A stretch of 63,877 nt of DNA, filler included, from Folioceros fuciformis (taxonomy: Eukaryota): NCBI GenBank assembly GCA_049999805.1. It is 8 parts of 8 records of this genome, joined end to end, with 100 filler letters (N's around TTAATTAATTAA, not from the genome) between each part and the next. Parts side by side here need not be neighbours in the genome. Positions count along the whole stretch, not along the records: positions 1 to 9,036 come from JBNGIO010001328.1; positions 9,137 to 18,168 come from JBNGIO010001329.1; 6 more parts are not named here. The stretch is one strand, 5' to 3'. Of this stretch, positions 1 to 11,483 are shown one piece after another. Position 1 is the stretch's first letter. Each line of letters starts with the position of its first letter. The notes under the pieces are model-generated. The model made no database searches. It was not told the DNA's origin and worked only from the letters and a program-made list of their open reading frames with translations. A program made the translations under genes and the position numbers.

Positions 1-3000
1 CGTATTCCTAAGGTAGGAGCCACTGCCCCTGTGGCCTGTGCGGGAGGTTTTTGTTACTGTTGTTGGCTGAGCGGAGCAGTCTGGTCTGGCAGATTGCGAA
101 TGCTCTGGAGCAGCGAGGGTACAAGGAGGTGCGCAGTGAACACTATGGCTCGGTTCAAGTGGTCATGAGGGCGTATTCCAAGTTGCTCTCGCTATGCAAA
201 GACCAAATGTAAGGCCGTTCGTTGGGTGTTGGGGAATATGGCTTCTTGTGTGGTGCCCTGGGACTGAGCGAGCTGTATTTCGCTGTTACCGTGCAGGCCA
301 TTGTTTGCCGTGAGCGCGTTGAACATGATTCGTGCACTTCTTGAACAGCCACGGCACGATGAGATGCGTATTCTGGGCTGCCTGTCTCTCGTTGATTTCA
401 TTAACAACCAGGTACGATGTGCAGCACTTGACAGTCTGCGAGAGCATCACTTGGGGCTTTTGGCTTGGCGAATCAAACCTGTTCGCCTCCCATTTCCCGT
501 GTAACATGTGTCATATGCAGAAGGACGCCACATACATGAGAAATCTAGAGGTCCTAATTCCAAAGCTTTGTGCACTAGCTCGAGAGGTTGGCGAAGAAAA
601 GCGACGCCTAGCTTTGCGTGCTGCTGGTCTTCAGGCTCTTTCATCCATGGTGATCTTCTTGCACATTTGAGCTTTGCTCTTTTCTATGGGACCACCAAAC
701 TGTCAGTGTGAACCTGGCAGCCTGCACGGATTAGACATAGCAGCATTTCAGTCTTTACGCATCCACAGAAATGTGTATCTGTAGCTTACAGTCACAGCAC
801 GATCTCAACTTTTGCTCACTCTTTTCAGATATGGCTTATGGGACAATACTCCCACATGTCGGGAGAGTTTGATGAGGTAAGTTCGGTGCTTTCTGGTTGT
901 AGGATTCTGCACAAACTTTGCTGGATGTCTCTGTCGGCTTTAACTGGTGTTGCCCTTGGACAGATTGTGGCTGTGACTTTGGATAACTACGAAATTTCTG
1001 CTGTGGAAGTGGAGGCTGATGAGCCACACCAGAACTGGTTAACGGACATGTTGAGTGCTGAAGGCCGAGGACCTATGGCTGTGATGAAAGATGCAATGTC
1101 GAGGCTCTCCTTTCAAAGGGAAAACTCGCACTTCAAGGACCCTTCTAATCTTACCAGGTATATGTTGACCCGGATCCGGCTAGCTTCGACTCGGGTGGTT
1201 AGTTCAAAGTGCGATGGTAGCTTAGAACTGTTAACCGTGGGTTATGCTAATTTGAATCGCCCAACAGGGCTGAAGCAGAGAGTCCGAAGGTCTGGTCTCA
1301 AATATGTGTTCAAAACATGGCCAAACTGGCAAATGAAGCAACAGTGCTTCGACGTGTCCTGGACCCGATGTTCAGATACTTTGACATTGGCAAGCATTGG
1401 TCACCAGGACATGGCCTTGCTCTTGCAGTCCTTCGTGATCTGCAGATTCTAATGGAGAAAACAGGTGTGAGGCAATCATTATGGATGTGTCTCGAAAGCT
1501 TTGATTTTGAATTAGTTTCATGTTGTAAAGATGTTGGAATTTCTTTGCAGGAAACAATCAGCTCCTGTTGTCCGCGCTGATCAGACATCTCGACCATAAG
1601 AATGTGGTGGTCCACCCTGTTCCAAAGACACACATTGTTGCGATTGCAGCTGTGCTTGCTAAGCATTCGAGAACAAAAGCAACTGTGGCCGAAGTGGGTG
1701 CTATGGGTGACCTGTCGAAACATCTTCGCAAGAGCCTTCAGGCTGCCATAGAAGCATCTGGGGCAGAAAAGGACACAATTGTGGAGCATCATCAGACACT
1801 GCAGAAGGTCATCGAAGATTGCCTTTTGCAGCTTGCAAAAAGGGTAGGTGCATGGATTCTTTTTTCTTGTGCTCCGTTGTGTGCAGGAGTAGTACGGTTG
1901 CCCACGCCCTATTTAATTTTGTTTTGAAGGTTGGAGAAGCTGGCCCAATTCTAGACATGATGGCATCAGCATTGACAAAGCTTTCAGGAAACTCTGTGAT
2001 CGCGAAGACCACAATGGAAGCGATGTGCATACTGGCACAGACGCTGACACATCTGCCTGATCAATCGTATGCACATCAGGTAGATATTATTGTTTCTGGT
2101 GCTACGGAGTGGGTATACTTTTGAAGAATGCTGTGCTTTGAAGAACTCAGATTTTCTCTTGACAGTTGTCCTGAATGGTTCAGGTTTTCCCAGAAACATT
2201 GTTTCATGAACTTATCCAAGCTATGGTGCACCCGGACTTTGAAACAAGGATTGGTGCTCATCGGATTTTTGCTCTAATACTGGTGCCTTCAAGTACATCC
2301 CCCAAGGACAACAGTCAATCACAGCCAGAAGGCACAACCTCGGCGGTTGACCAATCAAGCATGCTATCTAGAAGTACCTCTATGTTTCAATCTGCTACGG
2401 CACTGTTTGAAAGGCTTAAGAAAGAGGTAGTTGTCGCAGGCGGGGAAAAGGAAACTGCAGAAGCATCTATCAGTGGTAGAAACGTGGAAGTCAGAGAGTC
2501 ACTCCAAAGAGAAGTTTCAGATAGCTTGGGAAGGGAGCATATTGGAAGCTCTACAAGATCTGCAGAGGACTTACGGCATGACTTTTTGGCACATAGTTTC
2601 AAAAACAGCTCTGGCCGCTCCGTATCTCATCAAAGACAGTCAAGCGTTTCAAAAGAGACGGTGAGTAATACCTCCTTGTATTCTAGTCCTGACTGAAAGA
2701 ATACTTGACCCTATGGCGCTCTACTTAAATATGGCTGTGCTGCAATGCAGGAAATGACTGTCGTCAGGTTGAGTGGACACCAGGCAGCTCACTTGCTTTC
2801 AACTATATGGCTGGAATTGAGCCTGCCTGATAGCTCCCCTGCCAACTTTGAAGCTATTGCCCATACCTACAGTCTGACTTTATTGTTTTCTCGGGCGAAG
2901 GTATGTCCTCTCTTTGTAAAAGTTCACTGGGAAGCAAGTTTTCGCGTGTTTCATTACATCCCTCTTGCACCTGGTTAATGTCCTTGAAGGCTCTCAAAAC

Positions 3001-4888
3001 TGAATGTGCCGGATCGTAAATCACTCAGCAAGAACTAAAAGACGGCCTATTCATGTGCAGACATTGAACAATAGCACCCTTGTCAGGGCATTTCAGCTGG
3101 CTTTGTCGCTTCGGAGCTTGGCTGTGGATGACCGGAGTATGTCATCATATTTCCTATTATCTCTGTCGTTGTCAGCAAGTCAAGCTTTGACTTTTACTAC
3201 TTCTCAGGATGCTTTGTGCTTCGGAATGTCATGGGTCTTTTACGTTGTGCCTAAGTTACTGTAGTCACCCGTACAAAGAGAGCTGGAGCAAGTGCAAGTA
3301 ATTACCTATGCTATTTATGTGAGGACTTACTCTGTGGCCTTGGATCAGGTGATCTTCCACCGTCGAGGCGCAGGTCTATCTTCACTCTGGCTAGTGCAAT
3401 GCTGGTGTTCGCTGGCAGAGCTTACAACATCCCTGAGATCACATCCACCGCAAAATCAGCTCTAACTCCTGGAACGGTATGTCTATCTGATGGTGTTTGG
3501 TGTTAGTCTTGTTAACCTTGTCCGGGGTCGTAGTCAAATGAGCAGCATGGTATTAATTTGGCTGGTATCTATCCTGCAGAGAGATCCATTTCTAGAATTG
3601 ACAGACGACACACGGCTGAAGGTCGTGGCAAATGTAGATTTAAGTGAATATGGCCAGGTCAATGATGACCGTGCAGCTCTCGTCTCACTTTCAAGAATAA
3701 GTTTCACGTCAGAGACATCCAAGGAGGCCATTGTCTCTGTTCTCCTTAAAAGTTCCAGCATTGTAGAGGTTTGTATCGTTTGATAGACAGAAATAGATTG
3801 AGGTGGCAAATGTTATTTGATTTTCTTTTCTCCTTATCTGTGGGTTGTAGGGGTAGTGGGCGACTAATCTGACGCTGTGCCAAGGGTTGTACTGATCTAT
3901 CGTAATGTCTGCTTTCCTGCAGGCAGAGGAACCTTCAGTTTGCGAGCAGCTCATGCAAACATTCGTGCCCGAGGCATTTGGCTTTGGACCTCGGTTGTAC
4001 TTCGATGCTGCACATCCGCATACTCCCATTGGGTCAAGAAACTCAGTGTATTTCGAAGAGGTAGCAACAAGTTCTTTGGTGAGACTTATCCAGTGTTACG
4101 TCTCTGTACTTTTTGGATTTACACCCTCCCATGCTGTCCAGCTTGTGAAGAATTCAGTAGTCAATGATGACGACTTTGGAAGTGAGCAGTCTGGGCCAGA
4201 ACTTCCTCGACTGATCGCAAATGCCCAAGTTCCGAGCTCATCCCCACAAGCTATCAGTGTCAGTCAGCTGCTAGAAGCGGTGAGAAGTCCCTGACCCAGT
4301 AATATTCAACTGATTTTGATATGGAGTGACTGATGCCCTGTTTAAAGAAATGTGTTTTCAATGGAGCTCGTTCCTTATCTCGTGGTCTGTGAATGGCAGG
4401 CACTGGAAGCAGCTGGACAGGTGGCAAGTGTGACTGTGTCCTCTGCTCCTGTGTCCTTCAGCACAATGGCCAGCCAGTGTGAAGCCTTTGGATCGGGTAT
4501 CAAGAAGAAGCTTTCAATTGTCTTAAAGCTGGATGCAAAAGCAAAGACACTTCTTCTTACCATGCCTGTTAAGGATTGGACTGCAAGTAGCCCACCTCGA
4601 CAATCAGCGTCTCCAACTCTGGTCCGCGCTCGTCAGTCGTTACTCGTGAATGGCCGCTTGCTTGCTACCTTAACACAGATGAGGTTTCCTATTGCTGTAA
4701 CTAACTCTTCGTCTCTCTTCTTTTGGGTTGACCAGCGTGTGGGCGGGGATGAGAGGCTGCAGGACGCCGGCACACCCAGTAACCAGCTCTCGTCTTGGGT
4801 ATCACCTGGTCTTGAAGAGGCCTGCCAGGGGCTTAAGCTCCCTCCAGCAAGTCCGTACGACAATTTCTTGAGGGCCGCCGGCGTGTAG
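1..4888 (+). CDS. EFR3/SEMI-ROLLED LEAF 2-like ARM-repeat protein (multi-exon, 5' end outside window)
   Basis: Exon-sized ORF pieces carry family motifs: LEQRGYKEVRSEHYG, LRAAGLQALSSM, VLRRVLDPMFRYFD..KHW, FPETLFHELIQAMVHPDFETRIGAHRIF, NFEAIAHTYSL, SFSTMASQCEAFG and C-terminal LKLPPASPYDNFLRAAG. They are separated by short GT-AG introns. Stop TAG ends at 4888. Confidence 0.9.
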
Positions 4889-5511
4889 ATCTTAGGGAGC
4901 CAGTTAGCAGGGGCCCTGACTACCATATGTATGTTGATGTACTCTGGTGTTGTCTGTGCTTCCCGAACTAGGAAGCAAGATTTGGACAAAGATGTCCAGG
5001 TTGCTGTGGTGGAATCTGCCTTGTGGGCTACATGTAACTCTCGGAGGGTATAAAAATAGAAATATGAATATGGAACGGAAAGCGAATTGTTCAAGCTGCC
5101 ATCCAGACTCCTGTATGATTGAACGCCTGTAGATGACGATATTTTTTGATCGTATAAATATGAACCGCTTTCCTTTCACCTAAGTGATCTGGGATTTGTT
5201 GGTTGGATTCTTCACTGCTACTCATTACAGGACTTGGAACTGCCTACGATGCGAAGAGATCAGCGGCGGCTGTAGTTTGTGGCCATCGCCCACGGACTCT
5301 CTGTCGGAAGATGAGCCTTCAATAGTACGCCAGACTCTGGGACGTACAGAACATACGTATGGGATGCCCAGTTCTGTTTGCCTCACAGTTTTCAACAAAA
5401 TCAGTCTTCAACAATGCTGCACTCGTATGATTATAGTGAATTACACGGACAAAATTGAAGCTTCAGCTGCGTCAGGCGATTTCTTCCTCGCCACGACCAT
5501 GGTGAATTGCC

Positions 5512-8500
5512 ATGGCCATGGCAAGAGGGGTTCTTGGGAGTGCTCCCGCTCACCTGAAGTCAAGGATTCTGCACTCGGCAACCAAGCAAGCCAGTACGAG
5601 CGGCTTTGCCAGAAGGCCGGCCCATCCAATTGTGTCGGCTGAAATTGTGAGCAGGATTTGTTTTCAGGGCCGCGTCGCTGAGGCTGTTGAGGCTTTGGGA
5701 TTTCTAGTGCAGTCGGACTGTTTTGTTTCAAAATCTCTTCTTTATGCTGTCCTGAAGGAATGTGTAGGACAGAAAGAACTGGTTCTGGGACGCCGGGTGC
5801 ATGCTTTCGCAGTGAAAAGGGGATACCAGTCGGACACGTTCCTGTGCAACCACATCCTGCGTCTCTATGCTTCTCATGGCAAGTTGCAAGACGCGATGGA
5901 TGTGTTCATCATGGCCACTGGACCAGATGCCTTCATGTGGTCCTCTATAATTTCTGCGCATGTGAAGAACGGAAAAGACAAGCAGGCCATAGAACTGTAT
6001 GAACAAATGCGCAGGTCAAGAGTGAAGCCCGATGACCATGTGTTTGCGGCAGCGCTTCAGGCTTGTGCCAAGGGGCTTGACTTGAAAACGGGACAACGAG
6101 TGCATGCTGATATGCTGGCCAGTGGGATTGAGCACCAGTTGTTTGTGCGCAATTGCTTGGTGGACATGTATGCCAAGTGTGGCAGCATGGAAGACTCTCA
6201 AAGAGTGTTTGATGCACTCGGTGAAAAGGATGTTGTCACGTGGACTGCACTTATTGCAGGATATTCTCAGCAGGGCATGGGCCAAGAGGCCCTTCGTCTC
6301 TACAGTGATATGGAGAAAGAAGGCATAGCCGTACCCAATGCTGTGACATTTGTGTCCCTGCTGCAGGCATGTGCAAGTGTGGGCAAAACAGCTCTAGTGG
6401 AGGGGAAGAAGCTGCTTGCAAAAATTAGCGAGCGCGGACTCCAGACTGATGTGTTTGTAGCCAGCAGTCTGGTCAACATGTTTGCGAAGTGTGGCAGCCT
6501 GGAGGATGCTCAGACTGTGTTTGACAGACTTGGTAAGAAGGATGTAGTGACTTGGACTGCTTTAATTGCAGGGTATTCCCAGCAGGGCATGGGCCAGGAA
6601 GCCCTTCGTGTCTACTGTGCTATGCAAGATGAAGGCATCGCCGTTCCTAATTCCGTGACATTTTCTTGCCTCCTGCAGGCATGTGCAAATGTGGGCAACG
6701 CGGCTCTGGAGGTGGGGAAACAGCTGCATATGCAAATCAAACAACGAGGACATGAAGCGTCTGTGTTTGTCGCGAATAGTTTGGTAAACATGTACGTGAA
6801 GTGTGGCAGCTTGGGGGATGCTCGGAGTGTGTTTGACGGGCTTGGTCAAAAGGATGTGGTAACATGGACTGCCCTAATTGCGGGATATTCCCAGCAGGAT
6901 ATGGGCCAGGAAGCCCTTCGTCTCCACAGTGCCATGCAAGAGGAAGGCATGGCCGCACCCAATTCTGTGACATTTTCGTGCCTGTTGCAAGCTTGCGCAA
7001 GTCTTGGCACCCCAGCTTTGGAGCAAGGAAGGCAGCTTCATACACAGATTAGAGAACACGGACTCGAAGCTGATGTGTTTGTAGCCAACAGTTTGGTAGA
7101 CATGTATGCAAAATGTGGCAGCTTGGACCATGCTCAAAGAGTTTTTGATGGACTTCGTCAGAAAGATGTTGTGACATGGAATGCCATGATTGCTCGGTAT
7201 TCTCAGCAAGGCATGGGCCAGGAAGCTCTTCGTCTCTACTATGCTATGCAAGAAGAAGGTTCGGCTGTTGCGGATTCCGTGACATTTGTTTGCCTTCTAC
7301 AGGCATGTGCGAGTGTGGGCAGTCCAGCTTTGCAGAAGGGAAAGCAGCTTCATGCAGAAATTAGGCGAAATGGACATCAAGCAGATGTATTTGTTTCCAG
7401 CAGTTTGGTGAACATGTATGCAAAGTGTGGCAGCCTCGAAGATGCCAAGCGAGTGTTTGACCAAGTTAGTAGGAAAGATGTGGTGATGTGGACTACTCTC
7501 ATTGCAGGGTATTCCCAGCTGGGCATGGGCCAGGAAGCACTTCGCCTGTACAGGGACATGCAGGAAGAAGGCATCGCTGTGCCTGATTGTGTGACATTTG
7601 CTTGCCTCCTGCAGGCATGTGCGAGTGTAGGCAGCAGGGCTTTGGAGAAGGGGAAGCAACTTCATGCACAGCTTAGAGAGCGAGGATGTGAAGCTGATGT
7701 CTACGTTGCCAACAGTTTAGTAAACATGTATGCAAAGTGTGGCAGCCTAGAGAATGCTCAGAGAGTGTTTGATGGACTTGGCCTTAAGGAAGTGGTGACA
7801 TGGAATGTCATGATAACAGGGTATTCACAGCATGGTTTAGGCCAGGAAGCCCTGCAGCTTTACCGGACCATGCAAGAAGAAGGGAGCTCTATGCCAGATG
7901 CTGTAACATTTGTCTGTCTCCTCCAGGCATGTGCAAATCTGGCAGCTTTGCATCTGGGGAGGCAATTACATTCACAGATTGAAGAACAAGGGCTTCAATA
8001 CGATGAGCTGGTAGCCGGAAGTTTAATAAACATGTATGGAAAGTCGGGGAGCATGGTCGATGCGCAACAGGTGTTTGAGGCTCTGCCTGAGAAAACAGTT
8101 GTTGCTTGGAATGCACTAATTGCTGCATACAGTCACCAAGGAGACAGTAATCAGGTCTTCGACTTGATCTCAAGAATGAAAGAGGATGGCGTACAGTCAG
8201 ATGGCATCACGTTCCTCGGTGCACTTACAGTATGCAGTCATACGGGTCTGGTGAACAAGGGGGAGGAATACTTCGAGACTATGAGGCAACACTACGGGAT
8301 CCCCCCAACGGTGGAGCACTACACGTGCATGGTGGATCTCCTAAGTCGTGCAGGTCGTTTGAATGAGGCACTAGCTTTGGTAAGGACGATGCACGTTCCT
8401 CCTGACGCTGCAATATGGAGCACTCTCTTGGGTGCCTGTCAAAAGTGGAGCAATGTTGAAGTGGGGCGGCATGCTTTTGACCAAGCTGTGAAGCTAGACA

Positions 8501-8709
8501 AAAAAGATGCGTCGGCATATCTCTTGATGTCGAACATATACACCGGTGCCCAGATGTGGGAGCAGGCACAGGAGATGCAATTGAGGAGAAAAAGAATCAT
8601 GGCACGGAAGCTGCCGGGTCAGAGCTGGTGGACAGACATGGATGGACTTGTGCATAGTTTCTTAGTTCGGGATAGTAAGAATGCTGAGGAAAATAACTTG
8701 CTAGTGTGA
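5512..8709 (+). CDS. PLS-class pentatricopeptide repeat protein (about 26 motifs, E1-E2, WW-type PG box, no DYW deaminase); organellar RNA-editing specificity factor
   Basis: Intronless 1065-aa ORF. It has a Ser/Arg/Ala-rich presequence, P-L-S triplets (VVTWTALIAGYSQQG / VTFxCLLQACA / VFVANSLVNMYAKCGSL), P2-L2-S2 (EHYTCMVDLLSRAG), E1 (IWSTLLGAC), E2 (AYLLMSNIY), then PGQSWWTD..GLVHSFLV and a stop. Confidence 0.95.
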   Translation: MAMARGVLGSAPAHLKSRILHSATKQASTSGFARRPAHPIVSAEIVSRICFQGRVAEAVEALGFLVQSDCFVSKSLLYAVLKECVGQKELVLGRRVHAFAVKRGYQSDTFLCNHILRLYASHGKLQDAMDVFIMATGPDAFMWSSIISAHVKNGKDKQAIELYEQMRRSRVKPDDHVFAAALQACAKGLDLKTGQRVHADMLASGIEHQLFVRNCLVDMYAKCGSMEDSQRVFDALGEKDVVTWTALIAGYSQQGMGQEALRLYSDMEKEGIAVPNAVTFVSLLQACASVGKTALVEGKKLLAKISERGLQTDVFVASSLVNMFAKCGSLEDAQTVFDRLGKKDVVTWTALIAGYSQQGMGQEALRVYCAMQDEGIAVPNSVTFSCLLQACANVGNAALEVGKQLHMQIKQRGHEASVFVANSLVNMYVKCGSLGDARSVFDGLGQKDVVTWTALIAGYSQQDMGQEALRLHSAMQEEGMAAPNSVTFSCLLQACASLGTPALEQGRQLHTQIREHGLEADVFVANSLVDMYAKCGSLDHAQRVFDGLRQKDVVTWNAMIARYSQQGMGQEALRLYYAMQEEGSAVADSVTFVCLLQACASVGSPALQKGKQLHAEIRRNGHQADVFVSSSLVNMYAKCGSLEDAKRVFDQVSRKDVVMWTTLIAGYSQLGMGQEALRLYRDMQEEGIAVPDCVTFACLLQACASVGSRALEKGKQLHAQLRERGCEADVYVANSLVNMYAKCGSLENAQRVFDGLGLKEVVTWNVMITGYSQHGLGQEALQLYRTMQEEGSSMPDAVTFVCLLQACANLAALHLGRQLHSQIEEQGLQYDELVAGSLINMYGKSGSMVDAQQVFEALPEKTVVAWNALIAAYSHQGDSNQVFDLISRMKEDGVQSDGITFLGALTVCSHTGLVNKGEEYFETMRQHYGIPPTVEHYTCMVDLLSRAGRLNEALALVRTMHVPPDAAIWSTLLGACQKWSNVEVGRHAFDQAVKLDKKDASAYLLMSNIYTGAQMWEQAQEMQLRRKRIMARKLPGQSWWTDMDGLVHSFLVRDSKNAEENNLLV
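6150..8050 (+). repeat. Intragenic 312-bp tandem repeat (about six S-P-L triplet units) inside the PLS-PPR gene
   Basis: The tgtGGCAGC anchor recurs at 6181, 6493, 6805, 7117, 7429 and 7741, an exact 312-nt period. Confidence 0.9.
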
Positions 8710-9036
8710 TCGAAAGAAAAAGAGAGAGGAATTCATGTTGTTATGTCTCACGAGACTATTTGTTAAAATCCCAATTCACAAAAGATGGAGCGTCGTTAAT
8801 TTTCAGCGGTCTTAAGATAAGGGAGGGGTTTAATTAATCCCTCGTATGTATCTCTTACACCCTGGGAAGGACTGTTTCTCCTAGGCACCACTAAAGAAGT
8901 TTAGATAATTTAGACATTAGAATATCAGTCTCCCTTCTCCCCTTCCCTACCTGAAATCCCATAATTAAGTCCAGTCCCCCCTTTCGTCTCTTATCTTAAA
9001 TCCCTTGATCAAATCTGAAAGTAGTGGCTCTAGAGA

Positions 9037-9136
9037 NNNNNNNNNNNNNNNNNNNNNNNNNNNNNNNNNNNNNNNNNNNNTTAATTAATTAANNNNNNNN
9101 NNNNNNNNNNNNNNNNNNNNNNNNNNNNNNNNNNNN
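9037..9136. other. Artificial contig linker (N-run + TTAATTAATTAA + N-run); same linker at 18169-18268, 24714-24813, 41841-41940, 51398-51497, 56668-56767, 59937-60036
   Basis: Seven identical 100-nt spacers with a 12-mer giving stops in all six frames, an assembly concatenation convention. Confidence 0.97.
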
Positions 9137-9917
9137 CATTTGAAGGGAGGCAGTGTGAAGGGTGGGAAGAGGGGGTAGAGAGAGACGGATTGTGTGATCC
9201 ATCATCGGGCCCGGCCAAAGCGGTGGCATTGCGGACTCCGTGGCGCCAAGGAATATCTACGGTTGGGGTTCCCAGTGCTCCGTGATTGCGTCTCGCAGCC
9301 TGTTTTTTAGGAACGGCTAAGAGAAAACAAGAACCGGGAACAGGAAGGGACGAGAAGGGAGCTGGGGCCGAGGCCAGGTTGGATGCACCAACCGCACGAC
9401 GGAGTACAGTTTGTTAGGCATCACGGAGTCGTGTGTGGTGAAGTGCATTGATTCCTGCACTACTAGCTCGCCGACTCTCATCGTCCTCCACCGTGGTTAA
9501 ATGCTTGAAGAGGGAAGAACTGCCCTTCTCTCTCTCTCCTGGGTTTTCTGGGCTGGTGACAACTTCCCTGAATTGAATAATCTGGAGAACGAAGTACAAG
9601 CACCTGCCGATTGCAACCGGGCCTTAGGCTGGCAAACTCGGCCCAGCTTAAACGCTTGGCTTCAAAGGCTTTCAAGGGCGACAGGCAGATATCCGCACTT
9701 CACACAGCTCCCTTGCTCAGACCTCACCAGTGACGAATCCTTGCCCTCGTCGCTGAGAGCGCGCATGCTTCGACGCGGGGGTGAGAGAACTCCCAACCCA
9801 ACCACCGTCGTCGCAAAACGAATCAAGGTGTTACAAGACAAAGCTAAGCTATCCTCACACCGTCTACATATCTACATCAGATCTATCGCAAGCTAGCCCT
9901 ACTTGTAGCGTATGGAT

Positions 9918-11483
9918 CTAGTCAGTGGCCAACTCCACCTCGACGCGTACAGCGACTACGCTTTCAACTGTCATTTCTTCTAAATGTGCTGAATTGTCAC
10001 CAGAGTTTTCCAGCTCCACGCCTACGCGTGTGGTGGTTAACACAGGCCAACCGTCTGATTCGGACTCCATCTCCGAGACTCCACTGCCTCCCCGTTCATT
10101 GTCCTTCACCTCCAGCTCGCCGTCGCTATCGTTGAAGTAGAGTGTAACGGAGGCTGCCGCCTTGAGGCAACCTGTAGTAGCGATCTCAGGCCCATCCGCT
10201 TCGTCATTGTTCACGATGATTGTATCCCCAACCATCAGGGAATACATCTCTCGGGCCTCAGGGACCTCGCTTACTGGATCCGAAATGGCCAGCTTCTCAA
10301 GCCCGAGACGAACATGGAACACCATCCCAGCCTTGACAAGATGTCCGTTACCAGCATCCAAGGTCGACCCAAACTCCATTCGCGCTAATCCCATACCCCA
10401 TCCTGCAGAGCCAATCATATGGCCAACAAGCTCCGGTTTCGCCCGTGATATAACTCTGTGAGCAGCCCGGTATGCCTCATACATGCGTACACCTGGCTTC
10501 AAGGCTGAGATTGCAGCTTTATGAGCGCTCAAGAGCACACGGTAATTATCTAGCTGCTTCGCCGTTGGACAAAGAAAGTAGGTCCTGTCGATGCTGGAGC
10601 AGTAATGCAAATGAGATACTGTCACGGAGCACAGAATCACGCCGGCGGGAGCATCCTGGATGATCGATTGTGCATCGCTCATCGCATTCGGTCCCAAATC
10701 AAATTGGTGCCCGGACTGGAAAACAGGGGGGTAAGGGATCTCCATAACGTTGTTCTGACGCGTGGACATAGGCAGTAAACTTGGATATAAAATCGACATT
10801 TCCGTCGCCTCCCTGAGATCAGCATGCGTGACAGCAGGCGCATTTCGGGATGTCTTGTCCACCAGCTCATAAAACACAAACTCCTCCATCACGTCGACAC
10901 AAAATCTCGCAGCCTTCTTCACGTTCTCCAGCTCCTCTTCGTCCTTGACCTTCAAAAGCTCTGATAGGGCAGGAACCAGATCCACACGTTTCCTTTCCGA
11001 TGTCACCCTCCTACCTTCGTTCGGACCCTCCTGCATGGTTGAAATCAATTCACTCTCCACTTCCTGCATTATCCACATCACTTCCGTCGGCGGCTGCATA
11101 GACATGGCACTGTCCCGATTATCCTCCCGAACATGCAACGCAAACTCAACCTGAGCATCATTTTGTATCACCCCAGATAGCGGCCGCCAATGCTCGGCAT
11201 GCGCACGATTGCACAGCACATGGAACTTCCTCTTGGCTTGCGTCTGCGTGAAGATGAAAACGGCTGCAACGTCTTCCACAGGCTCGAAACCCGACAGCCA
11301 CAGATGAAGAGCCAAAGATGCTCCCACCAGGCTCTCGTACCTCCTGCTACCGGCAATCACAGCCACAGCGTGAGCCCCGTTCCACAGCCCGTTCTCATCC
11401 TCCCTCCATGCCTTGTAAAATGCTTGTAACCTCTTCACTAACTGCCCCGGGTGGATTGCCACTACCGGCCTGGTGTCGGCCAT
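9918..11483 (-). CDS. SPT16 (FACT large subunit)-like protein comprising only the N-lobe and peptidase-M24-like domain; intronless
   Basis: Motifs matching the SPT16 N-terminal domain: LVKRLQAFYKAW, SLALHLWLSGFE, LSELLKVKDEEELENVKKAA, YPPVFQSGHQFDL, YCSSIDRTY, YRVLLSAHKAAISALKPG, GMVFHVRLG, VGDTIIV, LYFND. An acidic tail and stop follow. The ATG of MADTRP is at 11483. Confidence 0.85.
   Translation of the reverse strand: MADTRPVVAIHPGQLVKRLQAFYKAWREDENGLWNGAHAVAVIAGSRRYESLVGASLALHLWLSGFEPVEDVAAVFIFTQTQAKRKFHVLCNRAHAEHWRPLSGVIQNDAQVEFALHVREDNRDSAMSMQPPTEVMWIMQEVESELISTMQEGPNEGRRVTSERKRVDLVPALSELLKVKDEEELENVKKAARFCVDVMEEFVFYELVDKTSRNAPAVTHADLREATEMSILYPSLLPMSTRQNNVMEIPYPPVFQSGHQFDLGPNAMSDAQSIIQDAPAGVILCSVTVSHLHYCSSIDRTYFLCPTAKQLDNYRVLLSAHKAAISALKPGVRMYEAYRAAHRVISRAKPELVGHMIGSAGWGMGLARMEFGSTLDAGNGHLVKAGMVFHVRLGLEKLAISDPVSEVPEAREMYSLMVGDTIIVNNDEADGPEIATTGCLKAAASVTLYFNDSDGELEVKDNERGGSGVSEMESESDGWPVLTTTRVGVELENSGDNSAHLEEMTVESVVAVRVEVELATD

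Noticed and set aside
9037..9136. Recurrent TTAATTAATTAA palindrome flanked by Ns (7 copies)
   Set aside because: Assembly linker, not biology. Gene neighbourhoods across these joins carry no meaning.
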